A DNA stretch of 64,000 nt, taken from Tolypothrix carrinoi HA7290-LM1 (GTDB lineage: Bacteria; Cyanobacteriota; Cyanobacteriia; Cyanobacteriales; Nostocaceae). Every line of letters starts with the position of its first letter. Position 1 is the stretch's first letter. The translations under genes were made by a program, and so were the position numbers. The stretch spans positions 1-64,000 of the forward strand of contig JAHHIK010000024.1 in assembly GCA_019358935.1 (NCBI GenBank), in the 5' to 3' direction. Positions 32,105-41,084 of the stretch are shown piece after piece. Below the pieces are notes generated by a model, which was not told the DNA's origin, made no database searches, and worked only from the letters and a program-made list of their open reading frames with translations.

Positions 32105-32560
32105 TTAGTCGCAACTCTGTCCTAGATCCTTTCGGGAGCAACCATCCTGCTGTTCAATCCTTTGTTGAAAAACCTTGCCCTTCAACTCCAAGTGATATTC
32201 TGCTAACTGCCTGCCGAACTCCCGTAAAATTTCATAGTTTTGCTGGGGCATTTGTCCAGCTGCTAAGGCTTTTTGGGCGAATAGGGCGAGGGAGTGCAGA
32301 TGTGCGCTCATGCTTTTTAGTTCACGGGCTACCTCTTGATTGATTTCTGGCACCACAGGACGAGGACTAAACTCGAAAGCACGTTTGCGGAGATAATCAG
32401 ATAAGGTTTTCTCGCCTGACTGCGCTGTTCGCTTTGCTAAGTCCTCTTTCTCAACTGGGGTGAGCCGCATTCGGACGACTTCAGTCCGATGGCAAGAGTC
32501 TTGCGTTAAGGAAGCGGCTCGGAACGAGCATTGCTCTTGTCTCAGTGTAGTTTTAGGCAT
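32105..32560 (-). CDS. MobC-like relaxosome accessory RHH protein
   Basis: RTEVVRMRLTPVEKEDL...TLSDYLRKRA...PEINQEVARELKSMSAHLHSLA follows the MobC pattern. Confidence 0.75.
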   Translation of the reverse strand: MPKTTLRQEQCSFRAASLTQDSCHRTEVVRMRLTPVEKEDLAKRTAQSGEKTLSDYLRKRAFEFSPRPVVPEINQEVARELKSMSAHLHSLALFAQKALAAGQMPQQNYEILREFGRQLAEYHLELKGKVFQQRIEQQDGCSRKDLGQSCD

Positions 32561-33250
32561 TTAGTTCAAAAAATTACTTTTTTTTACGTATCATTACGCC
32601 GATAAAAAACCACTTTATTGAGTATGACTACCAGATTTAAATTAGGCATTGATCTTAGAAAATTCATAAACATCGTTGCCTTTGTGAATTTATTTTAAAG
32701 CTGTATCTATACATCAATATTGATTGTTGTTTGGTTTTTTTATCACTAGCTTTTGCTATTACTAATTTCTCAAATAAAGTATAATTTTTGGGTATTTCTT
32801 TGGTTGGATATTTTGCTATGCCTAAAGCTACATGATTTAACAGGTAAAGGTTTTGGAATTTTATATTCGATTTAATGACGACAAGAATGCGACTAAATTA
32901 CGACTTGCATACGCATCAGGATTTCTGCAAAAACTTTTTTATTAAAGAGTTCAATTATTTTCAAAAAAATTACGCCTTAAATACGTATTTTGGCTGAGTG
33001 AGTTTCTAGGAGTGAGATGTTTATAGTGGATTTATTAATCCTAAATTTTCAAGGCAACTATGCAAGATGTCAGCTTCAAGGTAGTAAATAGCACTGGAGC
33101 CAGCAGAACTAAGGCGATAGCGTTCGCGGAGCGTGCCCCTCAGGGCAAGCACTGCTGCCTAAGCGCAAAGCGCACGCTACGCGATCTGCCCTTCGCTGCT
33201 GCCTCCATGTCAGTAGCAAAGAAACACAGTAAAAAGGTGGGAGCATAATA

Positions 33251-33625
33251 ATGAACGAAGAAATTACACTTCATCTCAAAATACGAGTTCCTGTCGATTC
33301 CCCAGACAGTAAGCTGCTCAGTTTCCTGAAAGATAGCCGTACCTCAGCAACCCAAATGGTGTTAGAAGCTGTTCGTGCTTACTGGTTGCCGGTGGCTTGT
33401 GCTAGCAATAAACATCCTGAACGAATTAAGGCGATCGCTCACGAGTGTTTACGAACTTTGCAAATTCAGGAACGCTACATCAGTACAATATGCGAACTGG
33501 AAAGTTCTCTGGCATCTGTACCTGTTCATTTCGATGTGTCGCGCTCCAACCAGGAGTACCAGATTGCTGCTTTAGCTAAAAGTGAAAATGTGCCTTTTTC
33601 ATCTCAGGAACCTCATTCATGTTGA
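33251..33625 (+). CDS. Hypothetical plasmid protein, possibly DNA-binding
   Basis: ggag RBS; LLSFLK...QMVLEAVRAYWLP motif; divergent from mobC. Confidence 0.55.
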   Translation: MNEEITLHLKIRVPVDSPDSKLLSFLKDSRTSATQMVLEAVRAYWLPVACASNKHPERIKAIAHECLRTLQIQERYISTICELESSLASVPVHFDVSRSNQEYQIAALAKSENVPFSSQEPHSC

Positions 33626-33693
33626 GAATTACTGGTCTAAGGATGCTTTATCGGAATCCAATTAAGTAGACGCGCAAGCTACAACATAACTGT

Positions 33694-33719
33694 GTTCCTG
33701 TCGATTACTCGACAGGAAC
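33694..33719 (+). terminator. Perfect 11-bp hairpin followed by a T-run
   Basis: GTTCCTGTCGA-TTAC-TCGACAGGAAC-gcttttt downstream of 33251..33625. Confidence 0.55.
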
Positions 33720-33852
33720 GCTTTTTGCGCGAGCGAGTTTCATGCAGCATTAGTCCCAAAACTCATATTTTCGAGTCGGTGACACTCAGTCAAAGGGCAA
33801 AGTCAAAAACTAATAAAATAAATCTGAGGTGAGCTAAACCAGAGTAATAAGT

Positions 33853-34899
33853 ATGGCTAAAACTAAGAAATCAGAAAACGTTCCCAATGCGATGCAAGAA
33901 AAGTTCGATGGCATTGTGGCTTCTTCGGATGATTTTGCAAAACTTCATTTGAACTCGGAATATGCCCAGTTGATTCGTTTTGCAACAGCAGCTCTGTGTC
34001 GGAAGAGACCATCTCCCCTGGCAAGCGGTAAGGAGAAAACTTGGGCTTGTGGCATTACCCATGCTATTGGTATGGTCAATTTTCTCTTTGACCCTTCACA
34101 AAAACCCCATGTTAGTGCCAAAGAAATCTACAATTGGTTTGGTGTAAGTCCCAGCACCGGGCAGTCAAAATCAAAACAGGTACGAGATATCCTGGATATG
34201 CGGCAGATGGACCCTGATTGGTGTCTGCCGAGTAAGTTAGACAACAACCCGATGGCTTGGATGATTTCTGTGGATGGATTTATCCTGGATGCCAGGTCTG
34301 TTCGCCGAGAAATACAGGAAGAAGCATACGCACGGGGTTTGATTCCTTATATTCCGGCTGATGGGAAACCGGAAGATATTGATGAGAAACAAGCATCATC
34401 CCAACAAAGCAAACCAGTTAACTTTTCTCCCGATGCCCTGTATGTGCTAGATGTTTTTATAATTGACGGTCCAATCGCAGAGAAATTTATCGCCAAAAAT
34501 CCAGTGATATCCCGAACCATTGAGATTAAAGGCAGCAATACCCTGGAAGACCTCCATAAAATTATCTTCAAAGCATTTGATCGCCAAGAAGAGCATATGT
34601 ACGAATTTCAAGTGGGAGGTTGTGGACCACAAGACCCAAATGCTAGAAGGTATGGCTTGAAACAAGCATTTTCTTTTTTCCATTTTGCAGAAGCGCCTAC
34701 AGGCGATGTGTCTAGCACCCCAATTGCTTCTCTGGATTTATCTATTGATGATGCTTTTGGTTACTGGTTCGATTTTGGTGATGATTGGTGGCATCAGATT
34801 AATGTAACCAACATCGCAGACAAGACTCCAGAGAGCAAGTATCCCAGAATCACTCTTGTGGTTGGGGCTAGCCCTCCTCAATACGCGGATTTTGAGTAA
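33853..34899 (+). CDS. DUF6398-like plus plasmid pRiA4b ORF-3 family protein
   Basis: N-domain WACGITHAIGMVNFLFDPSQKPH. C-domain RTIEIKGSNTLEDLHKIIFKAF...HMYEF...YWFDFGDDWWHQI. Confidence 0.75.
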   Translation: MAKTKKSENVPNAMQEKFDGIVASSDDFAKLHLNSEYAQLIRFATAALCRKRPSPLASGKEKTWACGITHAIGMVNFLFDPSQKPHVSAKEIYNWFGVSPSTGQSKSKQVRDILDMRQMDPDWCLPSKLDNNPMAWMISVDGFILDARSVRREIQEEAYARGLIPYIPADGKPEDIDEKQASSQQSKPVNFSPDALYVLDVFIIDGPIAEKFIAKNPVISRTIEIKGSNTLEDLHKIIFKAFDRQEEHMYEFQVGGCGPQDPNARRYGLKQAFSFFHFAEAPTGDVSSTPIASLDLSIDDAFGYWFDFGDDWWHQINVTNIADKTPESKYPRITLVVGASPPQYADFE

Positions 34900-34959
34900 C
34901 AAAAACGGGCGTTACTGATTCATAGGATGATTTCGGCTCATTGTCGGTTCGCGGACATA

Positions 34960-35117
34960 TGTCACTGTAAGGATAAGTTGAGCAACTCTGAAGGCATAAG
35001 TTGAGCAATAGATTCCTTGAAACCCGATTAAACTCTTGTATAGCGTAAAAGTAGAAATAGAAGTTTTGAAAGCATAAGTTGAGCAAATGTTATATTTAGA
35101 AACTATAAGTTGAGCAA
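34960..35117 (+). repeat. tns-proximal transposon end with four putative TnsB-binding sites
   Basis: ATAAGTTGAGCAA at 34973, 34996, 35074 and 35105. Confidence 0.88.
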
Positions 35118-35212
35118 ACATTTTCAATATGAGCGCTCATAAATACATAACGTTGTGCTGTGATAAACAGTAGGAGGAACTCGGACTTAGACCCAGGATT
35201 AAAGAAAGCATT

Positions 35213-37960
35213 ATGCTCTCGAGCCAAGAGTTTAATAACTGGTGTCATACTCAACACCTCAGTCCAGCAGCGCAAGCAGTAATCTCAGAGATTCGCAGCA
35301 CCAACCCATCTCGTCGAGTAACAGGGGGTAGGAAAAATGTTTGTGGCTCTTACCCCAGTAGAAAAATGGGAGTAACAATCCAATTCGAGAGCCACCGTAA
35401 CGAATTAGCACGTATTTACGAACTAGAAAACGACCCCGAAGTACTCGAATATTACGACCAACCAAAGCCCATCGAGCTAGTTTACTCTTCAAAAAGTGGG
35501 CGTAAAAATAGACATCAATATACACCCGACTTCTTTATTATTCGGACCGATTGCGCTCTTTGGTGCGAATGCAAAACAGAACAAGAACTAAACAAATTAA
35601 CTAACATTAGTCCAAATCGATATTGCTTCCAGTCAGATGACAAATGGCATTGTCCCCCAGGAGAAAACTATGCTCGTCTTTATGGTTTCGACTTCCAAGT
35701 ATGGTCAGATGCTCAAATTAACTGGAACTTTCAACAAAACTTAATTTGGCTAGAAGATTACTTCGGTTACTCGTCAGGAATCATAAAAGAAACTGAAAAG
35801 TTTTTGATTGTAGACATTGTTAAAAATCATCCAGGGATAAGCCTTGCAAAGCTTTTAACAAATAAAGATATCAATCCCGATAGCGTTTATTGGTTAATTG
35901 CTTTTAATGAAGTTTACGTAGAACTTAATAAAGTAAAACTCTCGCAAGCTGAGACAGTACTCATATTTATTAACCAAGATGTTGCTTTATCTTATGAGTA
36001 TCTAAACAAGAGTGAATCACATCAAAAAACCAGTAATCAAACAGGATTGCAAATAGCTGTGGGTACTTGTATTTCCTGGGATGGAGAATCTTGGGAGATA
36101 GTAAATACAGGAACTGCAACTACTGGATTATTACGTGCAGATGGCAAGCTTATAGAGCTACCAAATACAGCATTTACAACGTTAATTGATAATTGTAAAA
36201 TAGCTGGAGTCGGTACAACAGAAAGCGAAAATATTAAAGCAGCATCAACCGGAATTCTACAACAGGCAACTTGTCTTGACATTATAGAAGCCAACCGTCG
36301 CTACAGTTTAATACAACCATACTTAGTGGATAATCCTCCAATATACCCAAGCAGTACAATCCGTCGTTGGCGCAGTCAGTACCAAAAAGCTTTATACATC
36401 TACGGAAATGGATATATAGGATTACTGCCTAATCACAATAGTAAAGGCAACCGTACAGCAAAAATTGATGATAAAACCAAAGAATTTATGCTCGAATTTA
36501 TACTAAAGCATTATGAAACACCCAAACAACGAAGAAAATTACGGGTTTATGAGTCATTTGTTTTAGCTTGTCAAAACCACGAACCGCCATTAAAACCTCC
36601 ATCCCGAATTACATTTTGCGCTTATATCAAAACTAGAAGCGGACATCATCAAACTAGAAAGCGTCTTGGTAATCGGGCAGCTATTCCAGAAGAGCCATTT
36701 TACTGGGAATTAGAGCAAACTACGGAAAGACATGGCAGTCGTCCCTTTGAGATTGTCCACATTGACCATACTCAACTTGATATTGAATTAGTCAGTTCCC
36801 TCGAATCTCTAACTAGTTGTCATATTGCCACAAACAAGGATTTTCATCAAAATTTAGGTCGTCCTTGGGCAACCTTTATGGTTGATGCATATAGCCGGAA
36901 AATTTTAGCCGTTTACCTCACTTTTGATGAGCCAAGTTATCGAACTTGTATGATGGTAATCCGCATAGTAGTGCAGCGATTTGGTCGATTTCCTCAAAAT
37001 ATAGTTGTAGATAACGGTGCAGAGTTTCACAGTCACTATTTTGAACAATTATTAGCATATTACACTTGCACTCTCAAATATCGACCACCAGCACATGCCA
37101 GGTTTGGTTCAATTGTTGAAAGATTATTTGGGACAGCCAATACGCAGTTTATTCATGAGTTACAAGGTAATACCCAAATTAAACGTCTTAACCGCCAAGT
37201 TACCTTATCAGTTAGTCCAGAACGATTAGCAATTTGGACATTAGAAGAACTATATTTAGCTATATGCGAATGGGCATATTCAGTTTATGACCAAAGATTG
37301 CATCCCACATTAGGTAAAAGCCCTCGCGATGCTTTTGTCTACGGACTTACCATTGGCGGAAGTCGTTTACATCGACGAGTCGAATATGACGAATTATTTA
37401 ACATCTTAACTCTACCTGCACCCGATGGGGGACAACGGAAAGTTCAACCCGGAAAAGGGGTAAAAATCCATAATATTTATTACTGGGCAGACATATTCCG
37501 CGACCCAGAAATTGAGAAATCAATGGTCTGGGTTCGGTATGACCCTTGGGATGCAGGAGTTGCCTATGCTTTAGCAGGAAAACAATGGGTAAAATGCATT
37601 TCTTCTTACTATCAATATTTCCAAGGACGTTCAGAAAAAGAAATTCGACTCATTAGCGCAGAACTTAATCAGCACAAACGTAATTATGAGAGAAACCGGA
37701 CAATAACGGATAAAGAATTAGTGAATTTTTTAAATTATCAACAAGCATCTGAAGGGCTTTTTCTTAAACAACGCTTGCATGATGCCGAACATTACAAAAT
37801 TCACAAAATTATTCAAAATCGTTCTGACGAACCACAGAAACTATATCCTACTTCTTCGGAAAAATCAAATGATATTGAGTTACAAGAATCTAATGAGACT
37901 GAGACAAATTGCCATTTCAACTCCGACACAGAAACCTTTGAATATTATGGAGAGTTTTAA
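35213..37960 (+). CDS. tnsAB: TnsA-TnsB fusion transposase
   Basis: TnsA motifs YPSRKMG..QFESH.E, YYDQP, YTPDF, ECK. DDE motifs VHIDHT, VDAYSR, VDNGAEF, VERLFGT. Confidence 0.92.
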   Translation: MLSSQEFNNWCHTQHLSPAAQAVISEIRSTNPSRRVTGGRKNVCGSYPSRKMGVTIQFESHRNELARIYELENDPEVLEYYDQPKPIELVYSSKSGRKNRHQYTPDFFIIRTDCALWCECKTEQELNKLTNISPNRYCFQSDDKWHCPPGENYARLYGFDFQVWSDAQINWNFQQNLIWLEDYFGYSSGIIKETEKFLIVDIVKNHPGISLAKLLTNKDINPDSVYWLIAFNEVYVELNKVKLSQAETVLIFINQDVALSYEYLNKSESHQKTSNQTGLQIAVGTCISWDGESWEIVNTGTATTGLLRADGKLIELPNTAFTTLIDNCKIAGVGTTESENIKAASTGILQQATCLDIIEANRRYSLIQPYLVDNPPIYPSSTIRRWRSQYQKALYIYGNGYIGLLPNHNSKGNRTAKIDDKTKEFMLEFILKHYETPKQRRKLRVYESFVLACQNHEPPLKPPSRITFCAYIKTRSGHHQTRKRLGNRAAIPEEPFYWELEQTTERHGSRPFEIVHIDHTQLDIELVSSLESLTSCHIATNKDFHQNLGRPWATFMVDAYSRKILAVYLTFDEPSYRTCMMVIRIVVQRFGRFPQNIVVDNGAEFHSHYFEQLLAYYTCTLKYRPPAHARFGSIVERLFGTANTQFIHELQGNTQIKRLNRQVTLSVSPERLAIWTLEELYLAICEWAYSVYDQRLHPTLGKSPRDAFVYGLTIGGSRLHRRVEYDELFNILTLPAPDGGQRKVQPGKGVKIHNIYYWADIFRDPEIEKSMVWVRYDPWDAGVAYALAGKQWVKCISSYYQYFQGRSEKEIRLISAELNQHKRNYERNRTITDKELVNFLNYQQASEGLFLKQRLHDAEHYKIHKIIQNRSDEPQKLYPTSSEKSNDIELQESNETETNCHFNSDTETFEYYGEF

Positions 37961-39069
37961 TGTCAACCGAAAAAAGCTTTCCTCGTGATTTACTCCAGCG
38001 ACCCCAACACGATAGAGTTGCTTATTTCCAGCAATATACAATGGCACATCCGAAATTACTACTAGCTTTTGAGAAACTAACACATGCAATTGATGACCCG
38101 GCTTCTGTTGCTTTAATCTTTTTATTTGGTCCAACTGGTGTTGGTAAAACAACTTTACTGCGTCGCATGACGACTAAGTTGCTAACTTCAAATATTGAAA
38201 AAATGGAACAGGATAAAGGCTTTATTCCTATTGCTGGGATTGAAGCTGCTACCCCTGAATTTAGTAACTTTAATTGGAAGGATTTTTACTTACGTGCTTT
38301 AACTGTTCTCCAAGACCCATGCCTGGAATTACCAGGTTACGGTCAAGTTACTAATTCAAAGTTGAAAACTTCGCTGGAAACTGCACTTAAATATCGTCAA
38401 CTTCAAGTTTTTTGCATTGATGAAACACAAAATCTAAGTAAAGTTGCCAGCGGACGTAAATTACGCGACCAAACTGATTGTATCAAATCGCTGGCTAACT
38501 TGACGGCTGTTAAGTTTGTACTGGCGGGTACTTATGATTTATTAATACTCCGAAATTTGAGTGCCCAACTGTGCCGACGTAGCCTGGATATCCATCTGGA
38601 ACGCTACAAAGCCGAAAATCCGGAGGATTTAAAAGCTTTCAGAGGTATTGTCCAAACCTTTCAACGCCATTTACCTCTTGAAGTTGAGCCGGATTTACTT
38701 AAACACTGGGATTTTTGCTACGAGCGCAGTTTTGGTTGTGTGGGTATTCTAAAAGATTGGCTATGCCGTGCGTTTTTTTGTGCATCTTCTCAAGGAGCTA
38801 AAACTCTGACTATTAAACACTTGCAGTTGTCTGCTTACTCTACTGAACAATGCATGATTATAGTCACTGAAACTAAACATGGAGAAAAGCAGCTTGAGTT
38901 AATAGAGGATAGTTCTGCTTTAAGAATTGCTTTAAGCTTAGAACATAATAATGATGCTTATGCTTCAGCTACTCATATTGCTACAGCTCCAAAAAAATCC
39001 CGTCGTGACAAAGTAGGCGATACTAAACCTCAGCGTCGTCCAGTTGGAGGAGGTCAAAATGCCAGTTGA
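37960..39069 (+). CDS. tnsC: TnsC/TniB AAA+ ATPase
   Basis: Walker A GPTGVGKT, Walker B FCIDETQ, LSAQLCRRS. Translationally coupled to tnsAB (TAATG overlap). Confidence 0.92.
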   Translation: MSTEKSFPRDLLQRPQHDRVAYFQQYTMAHPKLLLAFEKLTHAIDDPASVALIFLFGPTGVGKTTLLRRMTTKLLTSNIEKMEQDKGFIPIAGIEAATPEFSNFNWKDFYLRALTVLQDPCLELPGYGQVTNSKLKTSLETALKYRQLQVFCIDETQNLSKVASGRKLRDQTDCIKSLANLTAVKFVLAGTYDLLILRNLSAQLCRRSLDIHLERYKAENPEDLKAFRGIVQTFQRHLPLEVEPDLLKHWDFCYERSFGCVGILKDWLCRAFFCASSQGAKTLTIKHLQLSAYSTEQCMIIVTETKHGEKQLELIEDSSALRIALSLEHNNDAYASATHIATAPKKSRRDKVGDTKPQRRPVGGGQNAS

Positions 39070-39949
39070 ATATTTGACTAACTATGAGTCTTGGGATTTT
39101 GACACAAATGAACTTCCTCTTCGTAGTCCTCTTTACTCTCTTCTTCCTATCGGTATTGGTACACCCGCAGTTGAAAGTTTTACCAGTTACCTGACTCGCT
39201 TGGCGGCGGCTCATGGTGTTTCTGTTACTACTTTGATTCGCTATAAAATTGCACCATTATTTATCGAGAGCAGTATTGCAACAGATTTACTATCCGCCTA
39301 TATTATCAGAATACTTATGGATGCTTCGCCCAAAAAGCCTACAACGCTCTTGATTCAAACTGCTGGATTTTGGTTAGACCTAACTCAAAATGCTTCTAAG
39401 CTCGTCTGTGCTGTTAAAACATTGACTGGTAGGCAGGATATTCATTATACGTCGCTACTGTCAATGCAAGGGTGGCGGCTAAAGTTTAACAATATTTTTC
39501 ATTTCTCACAACGCTGGTGTCCTAGCTGCTATTCTGACTGGCGCCACGGCGGAAAGCCTATCTATCAACCTTTGTTATGGGCTTTGGAACCTGTAACTGT
39601 TTGCCCCCATCACCAACGTTACCTACAGTTGCGATGCTTTGATTGCAATGGTTTACAGCCATTTCTCGTTTTGGACAAAATTCAAGTTGGTTGTTGTTGT
39701 ATATGTGGTGCATGGCTAGGACAAATTTTAGAGTCGGAGGCTAATTTCAAGTTGCCCGACCTTGTTTGGGACTTGTGGTTTGCTCAAGTTCTGGGAAAAC
39801 TCCTGGCTGCGACACCAGAACTTGTTACAAATCCGACTAGAAAGGAAACTCGGTTTAGAGAGCGCCCAATATTTCATAGTCTAAATTGGTTTTTAAGGCA
39901 GTGTTATCAGATAGGAATCAATCCTGTTGAATATTTGAGTAATTTTTAA
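39059..39949 (+). CDS. tniQ: Short TniQ family target-selector protein
   Basis: ESFTSYLTRLAAAH and zinc ligands WCPSC, CPHH, CFDC, CCIC. GGAGG RBS before ATG 39059. About 296 aa, with no long TnsD-type C-terminal domain. Confidence 0.9.
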   Translation: MPVEYLTNYESWDFDTNELPLRSPLYSLLPIGIGTPAVESFTSYLTRLAAAHGVSVTTLIRYKIAPLFIESSIATDLLSAYIIRILMDASPKKPTTLLIQTAGFWLDLTQNASKLVCAVKTLTGRQDIHYTSLLSMQGWRLKFNNIFHFSQRWCPSCYSDWRHGGKPIYQPLLWALEPVTVCPHHQRYLQLRCFDCNGLQPFLVLDKIQVGCCCICGAWLGQILESEANFKLPDLVWDLWFAQVLGKLLAATPELVTNPTRKETRFRERPIFHSLNWFLRQCYQIGINPVEYLSNF

Positions 39950-40035
39950 ATGAAACTTGGGTGTATTTGAGTTCAACTCGCTTCGGCCTGAAGTCAGGGC
40001 GCAACATCCGTAGCGCTATACTTTTCTCCTCCTTC

Positions 40036-40116
40036 TTTGTAAGTATAAGGCTAGTTTATTCAAGCAGAAAGCATAAAGTAAGCAACAAGCATCTCTTAAG
40101 ATGCTTACAGTTAACA
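40036..40116. repeat. Degenerate relic copy of the transposon's tns-distal end
   Basis: TTTGTAAGTATAAG...GAAAGCATAAAGTAAGCAAC...ATGCTTACAGTTAACA is collinear with the real end TTTGTAAGCATAAG...GAAAGCATAAAGTGAGCAAC...ATCCTTACAGTGACA (40932-41007). Confidence 0.8.
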
Positions 40117-40160
40117 AATGGTTAAAAGTATCAGTAAGCTATGCCCCGAACGCCCTAAAA

Positions 40161-40194
40161 TATCTATACGAGTGTATCTCCATCAGTGTAGATA
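40161..40194 (+). promoter_or_regulatory. Inverted-repeat operator TATCTAYAC-N16-GTGTAGATA overlapping the cargo start codon
   Basis: TATCTATAC (40161-40169) and GTGTAGATA (40186-40194). Same architecture at 41051-41084. Confidence 0.7.
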
Positions 40195-40781
40195 TGGTGA
40201 AAATAGAGCGCGAGTCTATCAACTTCAAATTGCCAAAATCGTTATGTGACGGACTCAGAGCCGCTGCGGAACAACGCAACACTACCGCCACTGATTTGGT
40301 AATTCAAGGGTTGCACCATATTTTGGGGGATGTACCTGGTGTGGAGGCTAGTGTCGAAGTTCGTTTAGACCAACTTGAAGAAGAATTTTGGCTTCTCAAA
40401 CAAAACATTAATCTAACCTGCACCAACCCCGATCAAGAAAGTAGGTTAACTGCATTGGAGAATAAACTCGAAGCTATGAGTACTCGACTCGCTCAGTTTG
40501 AAGGGGCGATAACGCAACTCCAATATAGCGTCAATTCATCAAAATCCCGCAAATCGGGACACCCCTATCAATTTAGTTCCCAACCGCCACAACTCCAACC
40601 CCTTGATGAGAATAAACTAGCTTTCAGACTTAATACTACTGTAGCAACATTAACTGAAAAACGTACAACCCTCAGTCCCAAAGAGTTTGAATCTTGGACA
40701 AGAGACAAAGACAGTATTAGACGTGGATGGCAGTTCAACGATAAAGATGGTCTGTACCATGAAGTAAGCGCTTTCTTTTAG
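40194..40781 (+). CDS. RHH-coiled-coil-HTH-like DNA-binding protein (transposon cargo), paralogue of 41084..41659
   Basis: MVKIERESINFKLPKSLCDGLRAAA...TTATDLVIQGLHHILG is nearly identical to the N-terminus of the downstream gene. Shared C-terminal LA.RL...EFESW.R.KD...GW.FN...GLYH. Confidence 0.8.
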   Translation: MVKIERESINFKLPKSLCDGLRAAAEQRNTTATDLVIQGLHHILGDVPGVEASVEVRLDQLEEEFWLLKQNINLTCTNPDQESRLTALENKLEAMSTRLAQFEGAITQLQYSVNSSKSRKSGHPYQFSSQPPQLQPLDENKLAFRLNTTVATLTEKRTTLSPKEFESWTRDKDSIRRGWQFNDKDGLYHEVSAFF

Positions 40782-40931
40782 GAGTGAATGAGAATTGCTG
40801 GTGGTGACATACCCTCTCTGTTGCACCCAACATCTATTACATTACCCGAAGCGCTTCAGCAACACTGTAAAAAATGCATCCAATACCGAGCGAGTTCAAG
40901 AATTATCTATTGAGCGATTGGAAGCATTAGG

Positions 40932-41007
40932 TTTGTAAGCATAAGTTGAGCAAGTCTCTTTGAAAGCATAAAGTGAGCAACTTGCTCAACTTATCCTTAC
41001 AGTGACA
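40932..41007. repeat. tns-distal transposon end with three putative TnsB-binding sites
   Basis: ATAAGTTGAGCAA at 40941, ATAAAGTGAGCAA at 40968, inverted TTGCTCAACTTAT at 40982. Confidence 0.88.
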
Positions 41008-41050
41008 ACATATTTTGAACTAAATATTAATACTCATCCTCGTTGTAAAC

Positions 41051-41084
41051 TATCTACACGAGCGTATATAACTGGGTGTAGATA
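41051..41084 (+). promoter_or_regulatory. Inverted-repeat operator TATCTACAC-N16-GTGTAGATA, 43 bp outside the transposon end
   Basis: Perfect 9-bp inverted repeat whose last base is the A of the ATG. Confidence 0.75.

Larger units (their letters stand above)
34960..41007 (+). mobile_element. Tn7-like transposon (TnsAB fusion, TnsC, TniQ, one cargo gene), no cas genes
   Basis: TGT...ACA ends. 26-bp TIR TGTCACTGTAAGGATAAGTTGAGCAA. 5-bp TSD ACATA at 34955-34959 and 41008-41012. Repeated ATAAGTTGAGCAA sites at both ends. Confidence 0.96.

Noticed and set aside
33060..33248. 62-aa ORF and GC-rich palindromic stretch
   Set aside because: Looks like dispersed Nostocales-type palindromic repeats; no coding support, and no recognisable nic site to call oriT.
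34960..35117. Repeated ATAAGTTGAGCAA as a mini CRISPR array
   Set aside because: Only 13 bp, irregularly spaced, and confined to the transposon ends; these are TnsB-type sites. No cas genes in the window.
39960..40020. tRNA-like fragment (gagttcaactc) after tniQ
   Set aside because: No cloverleaf, acceptor stem or CCA could be built.
40101..40193. Upstream start of the cargo ORF
   Set aside because: The paralogue starts at MV(K/R)IERES, and this region contains the relic end and the operator.
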